A stretch of DNA of 42,120 bases from Candidatus Bathyarchaeota archaeon RBG_13_60_20 (GTDB taxonomy: Archaea; Thermoproteota; Bathyarchaeia; TCS64), in assembly GCA_001775965.1 (NCBI GenBank), contig MEZG01000035.1, positions 1-42,120 on the forward strand. The letters are read 5' to 3'. Both the position numbers and the translations under genes were made by a program. Under the pieces are notes generated by a model. That model was not told the origin of the DNA. It made no database searches and saw only the letters and a program-made list of their open reading frames with translations. Positions 1-7,612 of this stretch are shown here, piece by piece (position 1 is the first letter of the stretch; every line of letters begins with the position of its first letter).

Positions 1-138
1 AGATTACTAGTCAAGGCCCACAGGGGCCGGGAGCTGGCCGAGAGGATGATTAGGGTCAGGGAGGGTACCGAAGGCTATCCAAGCCTGTCAAGGGCGTTGG
101 AGGAGGCAAGGGAGGAGGAAGATGAGCACCTCGGGTGA
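1..138 (+). CDS. C-terminal fragment of a putative antitoxin (runs off the 5' edge)
   Basis: Frame 1 is open from base 1 to TGA at 136-138 (...RELAERMIRVREGTEGYPSLSRALEEAREEEDEHLG*). It overlaps the PIN ORF start at 122 by 17 nt, the usual antitoxin-toxin layout. No domain is recognisable from the fragment. Confidence 0.3.
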   Translation, partial: RLLVKAHRGRELAERMIRVREGTEGYPSLSRALEEAREEEDEHLG

Positions 139-589
139 GGCCGTTGTTCTGGATGCGTCGGTGGCCGTTAAGTGGTTTAAGAAGGGGGAAAGGCTCGAGG
201 ATGAAGCTCTCGCCCTGAAGGACCGGGTGTTTGGGTCAGGCGTCAAGGCGCTCACGTCCGAGTGGCTGCTACTGGAGGTGGTGCGGGCCATGGTTAAGGC
301 AGGTTTACCTGTGGGTAAGGTGGCTGAGGCTTACCTTATCCTGCGGGAGATGGGCCGCCTGGGATTCATGGAGGCCGTACCCGTAGGGGAGGTCTTGGAC
401 CTCGCGAAGGATGCCATGATGGAGTTGCCTCTTTACGCCTCTGACTCCGTGTACCTCGCTACCTCGATCAAGAGGGGGGCGAGTCTCGTCACGGATGACA
501 GGCATCTTCTTAGGGCTGATGTGGTGGAGTATGGTCGGTCCAGGGGTGTCGAGGTTCTAGGCCTGAGGGAGCTGCCTCAGTTTGGCTGA
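122..589 (+). CDS. vapC: PIN-domain toxin (VapC-like ribonuclease)
   Basis: 155-aa ORF. VVLDASVAVKW near the N-terminus, internal ASDSVYLATS and C-terminal LVTDDRHL supply the acidic residues typical of PIN domains. The start overlaps a small upstream ORF. Confidence 0.75.
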   Translation: MSTSGEAVVLDASVAVKWFKKGERLEDEALALKDRVFGSGVKALTSEWLLLEVVRAMVKAGLPVGKVAEAYLILREMGRLGFMEAVPVGEVLDLAKDAMMELPLYASDSVYLATSIKRGASLVTDDRHLLRADVVEYGRSRGVEVLGLRELPQFG

Positions 590-592
590 CCT

Positions 593-811
593 CTAATCCG
601 TCTTTCCCTGTAAGACCTGCTGGACGCGGCCCACCTTGCCGTCCGTGAGGCGGACCTTGATGCCGTGGGGGTGGGTGGGGCTGCTGGTGAGTATCTCCTT
701 GACGGTTCCGCGGGTGAGCTTCCCGGTCCTCTGGTCCTGCTTGAGGACGATGAGGACCTCGGCGCCCGGCTTGACGCCGCTCCTTGTCCGCCCGGACGTG
801 TCCATGCCCAC
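593..811 (-). CDS. YwbE-family small protein (DUF2196)
   Basis: 72-aa ORF carrying the family signature VLKQDQRTGKLTRGTVKEILTSSPTHPHGIKVRLTDGKVGRV. Confidence 0.7.
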   Translation of the reverse strand: MGMDTSGRTRSGVKPGAEVLIVLKQDQRTGKLTRGTVKEILTSSPTHPHGIKVRLTDGKVGRVQQVLQGKTD

Positions 812-844
812 GGATCGGTGAGAGGCGGCTTATAGGGGCTTCTG

Positions 845-2485
845 TCAGGAGGCCTTGGGCTCGGTGGCCCGCTTGGCGGTCCAGCCTGGGCCCTTCCTGG
901 CGTCCAGAACCATGCGGCCCCCGTCAATGGTGGCGTCCGTGTCGGGCTGGCTCCTGGTGGCCAAGGCCCATACGAGCTGGCCGGGGTCCCGGGGGTCGAT
1001 GTCGGGGTCCACGAGGAGGATGAGCCTGCAGGGCCTGAGGGGCCCGGCGTCCAGGAGGCTGGCGGGCTTGAGGGCACCGGCGGCGGTGACGGCGAGGAGC
1101 TGGGCGGCGCCCTCAACGGGGTGGTTGAGGGCCTTGACGTCCTTAAGCTTCGCCTGTGGGTTGACGGGGCCGGTCCTGGGCGCCTCGGGGCCCGTGGCGA
1201 TAAGGATCATCTTGCCGCTGAGGCCGCCGCGGGGCGAGGAGGGGTCTAGGAGGTGGCTGTAGACGCCTCCGAGGACCTCGACGCCTGAGCCCTGCTTGAG
1301 GTCGCACCTGCGGGCCACGGCGGCCAGGACCTGGCCGGGGTCGGAGACGTCTACGCCCGCCGGTAGGACCACCGCGTACTTAACGTAGTGGTCGAGGCCG
1401 AGTAGGAGGAGGGCCACCTGCTTGGCGAGGCCAGGGGTGGATGCGGCGGCCTCGGTGAGGCTGAGGAAGCAGGCGAAGTGGGTGGCCTGGGTGGGCCAGA
1501 CGATGTCGTGGAGGGCCTGCATGTGGGTGTACTCCGTGAGGGCGCGGGTTATGCGGGCCTGCTTGGGTAGGCCGCTTAAGAGGAGGTGCTCCGCCGAGTT
1601 GTTGGGGTATATGGCCTGGAAGATGGCGTCGCGGCGCCTGGTTATGGCGGTGACCTCCAGGAGGTTGCGAGTGGATCGTCCGCTTATGTAGCCGGTGTAC
1701 TCGGTGAAGGGGCCCTCGTCCATCTCCTCGAAGGGCATGCGGCCCTCCAGGACGATCTCGGCGTGGGCGGGGACAGTGACGCCGACAGTGTAGCAGCGGA
1801 CCAGCTCCAGGGGCTCTCCCGTGAGTGCGCCGGCCTTGCTGTACTCGTCGGTGATCTTGGCTGCTGCGGCTAGGCTGAGGGCGGGGTGGGCGCCGAGGAT
1901 GACGGCGACCTCCAGGGGCTCGCCCTTGGCCTTGGCCCTCTCGTAGTACTGCCACATGTGGCCGCGGCTGTGGAGGCTGACGCCGAACCTGTCCTTGCCC
2001 TGGAGCTGCATCCTGACGAAGCTGAGGTTGACCTCGCCCCGGTCTTCGGGGTTCCTGGCGGCGAGGAGGCCGGCGGTGAGGTACCTGCCGCCGTCCTCGG
2101 GGTAGAACCAGGGGATGGGCAGGGTCTCGAGGTCCACGTTGGTTCCGGTCTCTATGACCTCGTGGACGGGGCCGCTCTTGACCTGGACGGGTTCAAGGTC
2201 GTTGTTGAAGAGCCTGTTCCAGTCGCTGTAGAAGGCGAGGCGACCGCCCAGCTTGGCGTCCTCTAGGGCGAGGTGTATCCTGTCGACGGTGCCGAGGAGG
2301 TTTATGAGGACGGGCATGGTGTGGCCCTTGATGTTCAGGAGGAGGGCGGGGTTGCCGAGGGTCTTCTCGGCCTGGATGGCCCTGGCGGTGACGCCGTACC
2401 TCCAGTCCACGGGCTCCGTGACCCTGGTGAGCTGGCCGGGTAGGGCTGCCTCCAGCTTCTCCAGGTAGGTCCTCAGGTCGTGCAT
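845..2485 (-). CDS. UbiD-family (prenyl-FMN dependent) decarboxylase
   Basis: The ORF is open to 2536. I place the start at ATG 2485 (MHDLRTYLEKLE..., a typical UbiD N-terminus) with a TTTTAATT TATA-like box about 30 nt upstream. 546 aa, with length and sequence pattern typical of UbiD/3-octaprenyl-4-hydroxybenzoate carboxy-lyase relatives. No UbiX is nearby. Confidence 0.85.
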   Translation of the reverse strand: MHDLRTYLEKLEAALPGQLTRVTEPVDWRYGVTARAIQAEKTLGNPALLLNIKGHTMPVLINLLGTVDRIHLALEDAKLGGRLAFYSDWNRLFNNDLEPVQVKSGPVHEVIETGTNVDLETLPIPWFYPEDGGRYLTAGLLAARNPEDRGEVNLSFVRMQLQGKDRFGVSLHSRGHMWQYYERAKAKGEPLEVAVILGAHPALSLAAAAKITDEYSKAGALTGEPLELVRCYTVGVTVPAHAEIVLEGRMPFEEMDEGPFTEYTGYISGRSTRNLLEVTAITRRRDAIFQAIYPNNSAEHLLLSGLPKQARITRALTEYTHMQALHDIVWPTQATHFACFLSLTEAAASTPGLAKQVALLLLGLDHYVKYAVVLPAGVDVSDPGQVLAAVARRCDLKQGSGVEVLGGVYSHLLDPSSPRGGLSGKMILIATGPEAPRTGPVNPQAKLKDVKALNHPVEGAAQLLAVTAAGALKPASLLDAGPLRPCRLILLVDPDIDPRDPGQLVWALATRSQPDTDATIDGGRMVLDARKGPGWTAKRATEPKAS

Positions 2486-2797
2486 GGTCCAAAAGTGTGA
2501 CCATGGGGAATTAAAAGGCTTGGAGGCCGCCCACAAGCATGGTTCACCGGGTTCCTCGGTGAGGGTCTACCTCGGAGGAAGTGTCTACGATTCCTAGATT
2601 AACTTGCGTTATTGCGATATATCGTAATGGTATATAAAGGAGGGCTGTTTGCGATACCAAGCGACGAATACCGATTGGAGGGTAGAGTATTTTGATCAGT
2701 ATATTGAGCAAAAACACCCTTTTTTGCTCATTATAGTGAGCAAAACTTAACGCCTCTTCCTGAGAAGAGGGTCTACACCACGGAGCAGAGGGCTCTC

Positions 2798-3157
2798 CTA
2801 CATGCCCCAGACGCTGCGCTGGAACACTAGGACATCGTCACCCTCAACCTTCACCTCGAACGACGCCGCGTCCCCCACCTTGGATCTCATGAACATGAAC
2901 TTGGACCCGGATACGCTCTTACCCGTCCTGACATCGAACTGGGAGCCGTGAACCGGGCACGTCACCACGGCGCCCTTCAACGTACCCTCGGAGAGCTTCC
3001 CCCCCGCGTGGGTGCAGGGGTTCGCGATGGCGTGGAAAACCCCGTCCACGTTCGCCACCAGTATCTCCTGCTCCCCGATCTTCACCACCTTCATGCTCCC
3101 CGGGGGAATCTCTGAGGCCTTACCGACCTTCGTGAATGACAGCCTGTGCGCGCTCAA
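2798..3157 (-). CDS. Rieske [2Fe-2S] ferredoxin-type protein
   Basis: 119 aa. CTHAGGKL ... CPVHGSQF gives the CxH...CxxH Rieske ligand pattern, and the size fits a soluble Rieske ferredoxin. Confidence 0.85.
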   Translation of the reverse strand: MSAHRLSFTKVGKASEIPPGSMKVVKIGEQEILVANVDGVFHAIANPCTHAGGKLSEGTLKGAVVTCPVHGSQFDVRTGKSVSGSKFMFMRSKVGDAASFEVKVEGDDVLVFQRSVWGM

Positions 3158-3318
3158 ACCATTAACAGCTCAGAACCATAGAGGGCGGCCCGCGATAACA
3201 ACGTTTCCCTCACCCGGAGAGGGAAGGCGAACCCCAGGGCCAACCTTGAAATATGATTGACGGGAGCTTCAGAAACCTTTTATCCTTAAACTAATTTTGG
3301 ATTTCCAGAGGTGAAAAA

Positions 3319-3420
3319 ATGGGTAAAAGCAAAGGTGGAGGTAAAGCCGGTAAACCAAGCACAACGGGAAAACCCTCGGGAAAGGACCGTGATAACGCTC
3401 CTCCTAAGAAAGGCAAATGA
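3319..3420 (+). CDS. possible 33-aa Lys/Gly-rich small protein
   Basis: ATG at 3319 is preceded by AGAGGTGA (Shine-Dalgarno-like, complementary to the archaeal 16S 3' end) 5 nt upstream. It translates to MGKSKGGGKAGKPSTTGKPSGKDRDNAPPKKGK*. It is too short for the supplied ORF track. Confidence 0.3.
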   Translation: MGKSKGGGKAGKPSTTGKPSGKDRDNAPPKKGK

Positions 3421-3511
3421 TTCAGAGGGTTCCAAGCTGGCGATACTGCTCACGGTCCCCGAGACATTGAATAGGAATAAATATCCCCGCTTTGAAACGT
3501 CATAGACGGAG

Positions 3512-4219
3512 TTGCCTATGAGGTTCGAGGCCACGGTGAAGGAGACCATCCAGAGAACCCCGGATGTCAGGAGCATTAGGTTCAACAGGCCGAAGGGGTT
3601 CAGCTACCTTCCCGGGCAGTACATCTTCATCGGTCTTAGGGTCGGTGGGAAGTATCGGGAGAAGCACTTCACTATCTCGAGCAGCCCAACCGAGCCCGAC
3701 CACCTGGAAATAACGAAGAGGCTCACGGGCCACGAGTTCGCAGACGCGCTCGCCGCTTTGAAGGTCGGGGACAGGGTGAGCATTGATGGTCCGGAGGGTG
3801 ATTTCACCTTCGCTGGGGAATACGAGAAGATCTTACCGCTTACAGGCGGTATAGGGATTACTCCTGTCCGCAGCATGCTTAGGTATTGCATGGACATGAA
3901 GCTGGGCACGGATGTAGTGCTCCTCTACTCGAACAGCTCAGAGAACGACATAGTCTTCAAGGACGAGCTGGAGGAGATGCGGAAATCAAACAAGAAGCTC
4001 AATGTCATCCACACTATTACCCAGCCGATTGGCGGTTGGAAGGGCTTGACGGGAAGGATTAACGGAATGATGATCAGAGAGGCGGTGCCCGACTTCATGG
4101 ATCGCGTCAGCTACGTCTGTGGTCCCCCCATGATGGTGGATGACATGGTCAAGGTCCTTAGGAAGGAGCTGAGGATGCCCGGTAAGAAGGTGAAGTACGA
4201 GTACTTCCCAGGGTACTGA
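3512..4219 (+). CDS. FNR-like oxidoreductase with FAD- and NAD(P)-binding domains
   Basis: 235 aa. The pattern is RSIRF...PGQYIFI...HFTISSSP (FAD-binding barrel), GGIGITP (NAD-binding) and C-terminal YVCGPPMMV, typical of ferredoxin-NADP reductase-like electron-transfer subunits. It is divergent from the Rieske gene. Confidence 0.8.
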   Translation: MPMRFEATVKETIQRTPDVRSIRFNRPKGFSYLPGQYIFIGLRVGGKYREKHFTISSSPTEPDHLEITKRLTGHEFADALAALKVGDRVSIDGPEGDFTFAGEYEKILPLTGGIGITPVRSMLRYCMDMKLGTDVVLLYSNSSENDIVFKDELEEMRKSNKKLNVIHTITQPIGGWKGLTGRINGMMIREAVPDFMDRVSYVCGPPMMVDDMVKVLRKELRMPGKKVKYEYFPGY

Positions 4220-4299
4220 GCACTTTAGTAGCTGGGGTGGTGCTGGGTACCGGCTGCGCGATGGCTGCCCGGCAGCTATCTCTCAGGGGTCACGAGGTG

Positions 4300-4344
4300 G
4301 AGGAGATTTATACCCCGGTCTGAGGCTCCCAAGGCCCCCATCCT
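4300..4344 (-). pseudogene. degenerate partial copy of tRNA-Gln (T-arm to D-stem, about 45 nt)
   Basis: Gap-free alignment of 4300-4344 to 5944-5988 of the intact tRNA gives 39/45 identities. The T-loop is scrambled and the anticodon loop changes from CTTTGGA to CTTGGGA. There is no acceptor stem, so it is not a functional tRNA. Confidence 0.55.
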
Positions 4345-4462
4345 ATTAATATAACCCCGGAAAAAACTCGCATTATTTCATGCAGTTGTCTGGCCGCTAT
4401 CTAACATTGAACACTCCACGGACACCGGTCCACGGTAGTCGTCACTAAAATAACCCTGAAAA

Positions 4463-4545
4463 AGCCCCTGAACCGGAAAACAAACCTGAAAACGGGGAAC
4501 CGCGGCGACGACGACCACACCCCCCTCCCCCACACCTGCACGCAC
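4463..4545. repeat. copy A of an imperfect direct repeat of about 85 nt (partner at 10040-10130)
   Basis: The core CCGGAAAACAAACCTGAAAACGGGGAA (4472-4498) aligns with CCCGAAAACAATCCAGAAAACGGGGAT (10060-10086), about 23/27 identical. It is followed in both copies by GGCG(A/G)CG(A/G)CGA and CCCCCAC..CACGCAC, and preceded by AGCCCCT. Confidence 0.6.
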
Positions 4546-4555
4546 ACACAAACAC

Positions 4556-4572
4556 TGGTAGCCCGGCGGAGA
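4556..4572 (-). repeat. exact 17-nt duplicate of the tRNA-Gln 3' end (att-like)
   Basis: Plus-strand TGGTAGCCCGGCGGAGA at 4556-4572 is identical to 5934-5950 (CCA, discriminator, 3' acceptor strand, 3' T-stem strand). Same orientation. Confidence 0.65.
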
Positions 4573-4707
4573 CCAGGGTCTAGGCCTAAATTGGTCTGGT
4601 TTCAGTTCATCAAGTTTAAATATAGTAGCGCTCTACCTAGTTGAGCCCCGGAACATAGTAGAAAGCTACCTATCGAGCCGAAGAGATCCAACATCGAAAG
4701 TGGTTGA

Positions 4708-5919
4708 ATGAACGTTAAAGATGTCGCACTTATCTCCCTAGGCGGAATCAAAGATCGGAAATACAGGTTTGCCTTGAACCTCCTAGGAATACTCATAGGA
4801 TGCGCCGCCGTCACAGGGCTCATCAGCGTCACACAGGGCATGAACGCCGAGATCAACGGCCAACTTAACATTCTAGGAGCCAACGCGTTAACAATCATTC
4901 CCTCGAATGGTGACTCGGATATGGCTTTCTCATCAGCTCCTCAAGCGATGATGATGCCCGCATCTTTGACCTGGAGAGACCTTCAGATAATAGAGTCCAT
5001 TCCAGAAATAGACCGAGTAGCCCCCATTCAGAACAACTATGGTTCCTACACATTGACAGGAACTAAACATACCACCACCATAATGGGCGTTGGAATAGAT
5101 CTTTTCGAGATCAACCCCAACTACGAGATAAGCGACGGACGAGCCTTCACTAGAAGCGACAAAGCGGTAGCCATCATTGGGGCAAATGTAGCACACCCAG
5201 AGGGTGATGAAGAGCCAGTTCTTCGGGTAGGCGACCGATTAAAGATCACCGCACTAGGTACATCTGAGCCCAAAGAGACGACTCTCCGAATAATAGGCAT
5301 CACAAAGGAAAGCGGGATGACGATGGGGGTAAACCCCGACGACATGATTATGATACCTGTAATGACCTCGGAGCAGTTTTTTGGGTCGTCCGGTAAATAC
5401 GATATGATTATGGCTTCACTGTATGACATTGACGACACTGACGCTGTTTCTTCCAAGATTAAGGACATGATTGAGGATATTCAAGTTATTTCATCCGAAT
5501 CAGTAAGAGACATGATCGGACAAGTAACCGGTACAATCGAGGCTGTTCTAGGAGGCATTGCAGCAATTAGTCTCGTCGTCGCAGGGGTGGGTATAATCAA
5601 CACCATGACCGTCAGCGTAAGTGAGCGAACCAAGGAGATAGGTACTCTGAAGGCAATAGGCGCGAAAAACATGGATGTCATGATGATATTCTTAGCTGAA
5701 TCTGGTTACACTGGGCTGGGTGGTGGCTTTCTAGGAGGAGCCTTGGGGTACCTACTCGGTTTCACCATTGGCAACTTCATCGGGTTACCGATATTCCTGG
5801 ACCTCGGACTCTGGAGCATGGTGGTTCTCTTCGCTATAATAACCTCAGTCCTCGCTGGAGCTATGCCTGCTTGGAGCGCTGCTAATCTTAATCCAGTCGA
5901 AGCATTAAGACACGAATAA
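4708..5919 (+). CDS. FtsX/MacB-type ABC transporter permease (orphan, no adjacent ATPase)
   Basis: 403 aa. There is an N-terminal TM helix (FALNLLGILIGCAAVTGLISV), a large extracytoplasmic domain of about 230 aa, and a C-terminal FtsX 3-TM bundle (SERTKEIGTLKAIGAKNMDVMMIFLAE...). Visibly AT-richer than its neighbours. Confidence 0.85.
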   Translation: MNVKDVALISLGGIKDRKYRFALNLLGILIGCAAVTGLISVTQGMNAEINGQLNILGANALTIIPSNGDSDMAFSSAPQAMMMPASLTWRDLQIIESIPEIDRVAPIQNNYGSYTLTGTKHTTTIMGVGIDLFEINPNYEISDGRAFTRSDKAVAIIGANVAHPEGDEEPVLRVGDRLKITALGTSEPKETTLRIIGITKESGMTMGVNPDDMIMIPVMTSEQFFGSSGKYDMIMASLYDIDDTDAVSSKIKDMIEDIQVISSESVRDMIGQVTGTIEAVLGGIAAISLVVAGVGIINTMTVSVSERTKEIGTLKAIGAKNMDVMMIFLAESGYTGLGGGFLGGALGYLLGFTIGNFIGLPIFLDLGLWSMVVLFAIITSVLAGAMPAWSAANLNPVEALRHE

Positions 5920-5933
5920 CTGAGCATGGACAG

Positions 5934-6009
5934 TGGTAGCCCGGCGGAGATTCGAACTCCGGTCTGAGGCTCCAAAGGCCCCCATCCTTGTCCACTAGAC
6001 GACCGGGCT
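5934..6009 (-). tRNA. tRNA-Gln (anticodon UUG), CCA encoded
   Basis: The reverse complement is AGCCCGG TC GTCT AGTGGACAA GGAT G GGGGC CTTTGGA GCCTC AGAC CGGAG TTCGAAT CTCCG CCGGGCT A CCA. It forms a full 76-nt cloverleaf with a GTTCGAAT T-loop and a 7-nt anticodon loop with TTG at positions 34-36. Confidence 0.85.
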
Positions 6010-6108
6010 ACACCAACACCAGACACCGACAACCAATAAAAACAATACCACACTAGGACATCCAGAACCCATATATTAAACCGCATCAAATTAATACAAG
6101 GAACAAGA

Positions 6109-6408
6109 ATGCCCGTCACGGTTACTACCAGACTAGAGGAGGACCTAGCGGAGACCATAGACCAGATAGCCAAACAGGAGGGCATGGACCGGTCCACAGT
6201 CATCAGACGCTTCCTCCAGAAATCCGTCAGAGACTGGCTCATCCAAGAGAACCTCGACAAGTACCAAGAAGGCAAGCAAACCCTCTGGCAGGCAGCCGAG
6301 AGGAGTGGCCTCACCCTCTGGGAGATGGTCGAGGAGGCAAGGAAACGCAGGGCGCAGGTCCCCTATACCATCGAGGAGCTCAAAGAAGACCTGAAGGGCC
6401 TCCAATGA
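6109..6408 (+). CDS. RHH (CopG-like) + UPF0175 antitoxin
   Basis: 99 aa. The N-terminal VTTRLEEDLAETIDQIAK..RSTVIRRFL is ribbon-helix-helix-like, and the C-terminal YQEGKQTLWQAAERSGLTLWEMVEE is UPF0175-like. ATGA overlap with the downstream DUF3368 gene. Confidence 0.7.
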   Translation: MPVTVTTRLEEDLAETIDQIAKQEGMDRSTVIRRFLQKSVRDWLIQENLDKYQEGKQTLWQAAERSGLTLWEMVEEARKRRAQVPYTIEELKEDLKGLQ

Positions 6409-6914
6409 GCCGCATCGTGTCCAACGCCACGCCTCTCATATACCTGGCCAAGATCGGTAGACTCTCACTGCTCAAGGCCGTCTTCGGGGAGGTCCTCGTA
6501 CCCCAAGAGGTCAAAGCTGAGGTCGTTGACAGAGGCAAGGAGATAGGCGAGGTGGACGCCTACATAGTGGAGGCGGCCCTTGAGGAAGGCTGGCTCAAGG
6601 TGGTGAAGACTGATCCTATAAAAATCCCTCTGCAACTGGATGCAGGGGAGACCGCGGCCCTCTCCCTAGCCAGGAAGTTGAGCGTAGAGGTGCTGGTGGA
6701 CGAGGTTTCAGCTAGGATGGCCGCCCGGCTAATGAGCCTAACACCGAGAGGCACGCTGTACGTTCTGCTTAAGGCCTTGGAGATGAGCGAGATCAACCTA
6801 GATGAATTCAACGACGCTCTCGGCGACCTCGTAAGGAACGGCTTCAGGCTGAGAGAAGAGGTCTACCTTGAAGCATTGAAGAAGGCGAGGGAGATCGCTC
6901 ACAACATCTCATAG
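6405..6914 (+). CDS. DUF3368 PIN-like nuclease-fold protein (toxin partner of UPF0175)
   Basis: 169 aa. VSNATPLIYLAKIGRLSLLKAVFGEVLVPQEV...DAGETAALSLA is the characteristic DUF3368/COG2405 pattern. Translationally coupled to 6109-6408. Confidence 0.75.
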   Translation: MSRIVSNATPLIYLAKIGRLSLLKAVFGEVLVPQEVKAEVVDRGKEIGEVDAYIVEAALEEGWLKVVKTDPIKIPLQLDAGETAALSLARKLSVEVLVDEVSARMAARLMSLTPRGTLYVLLKALEMSEINLDEFNDALGDLVRNGFRLREEVYLEALKKAREIAHNIS

Positions 6915-7321
6915 CTCCTCGGATTAAGGAACCCGTTATCCACCTGCCTCAATACCGGCCGAAACACGTAGACAAAGAAAGCCAGAGAGTACTCGGAGGG
7001 CGACAGCGCAACATAATAAACCACCCTCCCCGTCCCAAATTCCCTCTCCTTGTAGATGGCCACAAGATCATCTCTACGGGCCAGGCTCATGAACTCGGCC
7101 CGATCCTTGACAAGAGTCTCAGATACCACCCACGGTGGGTACGAAAACGATTTGAAGCTCTTGAACGTGGGGCACAGAGGCAACCCGTCCTCAAACTCAT
7201 CGAAGGCGAGCCAATAGTTCTGCTGAGTGGGGACCGTCACAAAGAAGTAGCTTGCCCCCAAGAAAACGAAGTAGACAGAATAGAGCAGTAATAAGTACCA
7301 CGCTGCCTTGTTCAGAGCCAT
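6899..7321 (-). CDS. hypothetical protein with N-terminal TM helix
   Basis: 140-aa ORF in an AT-richer patch. N-terminal hydrophobic helix (AAWYLLLLYSVYFVFLGASYFFV), and an ATTAAAATAT TATA-like box about 35 nt upstream. No recognisable domain. Confidence 0.4.
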   Translation of the reverse strand: MALNKAAWYLLLLYSVYFVFLGASYFFVTVPTQQNYWLAFDEFEDGLPLCPTFKSFKSFSYPPWVVSETLVKDRAEFMSLARRDDLVAIYKEREFGTGRVVYYVALSPSEYSLAFFVYVFRPVLRQVDNGFLNPRSYEML

Positions 7322-7578
7322 CTGAGCACCATGATTAAACCTTCATAGATATTTTAATGTAGCTTCGCCCCTCGCATAAGGTTTAGATACCTGAACTAGA
7401 AAAGCGCTCGATTAAGCGTATCCGATTTTATGGATTATACTGTGTAAATAAATCGCAACTAACGCGATCATGAGTAAAACTATCAAACTTATGATTGTCC
7501 AATCCCTCCCGGGCTTCGAGTGGCGCATAATACCAACCGTGACTAACATATAATAAAAAAAAGGTCAAAGTAACAATA

Positions 7579-7594
7579 AACAATTATATCCAGC
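7579..7594 (+). promoter_or_regulatory. BRE/TATA-like promoter element AACAATTATATCCAGC (copy 1)
   Basis: Identical 16-mer at 8370-8385. It lies 18 nt upstream of ATGACCAGC (start of the GNAT gene), spacing consistent with a leaderless transcript. Confidence 0.55.
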
Positions 7595-7612
7595 TTCAAC
7601 TATCTAATCTGA

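Noticed and set aside
3311-3505. 64-aa plus-strand ORF (and 3286-3585 minus) in the Rieske/FNR spacer
   Set aside because: The sequence is implausible and has no start context. The alternative 33-codon frame with a strong SD explains the region better, and even that is low confidence.
4300-4572. Split or permuted tRNA gene (trans-spliced halves), as known in some archaea
   Set aside because: On the minus strand the 3'-end fragment lies upstream of the anticodon-arm fragment. The T-loop of the longer fragment is destroyed, no 5' acceptor half is present, and I see no complementary leader or trailer that could form a bulge-helix-bulge. Integration remnants explain it better.
4573-4707. Remnant of the missing ABC ATPase gene upstream of the FtsX permease
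   Set aside because: None of the three forward frames gives anything resembling the C-terminus of a MacB/LolD-type ATPase. All are short and interrupted by stops.
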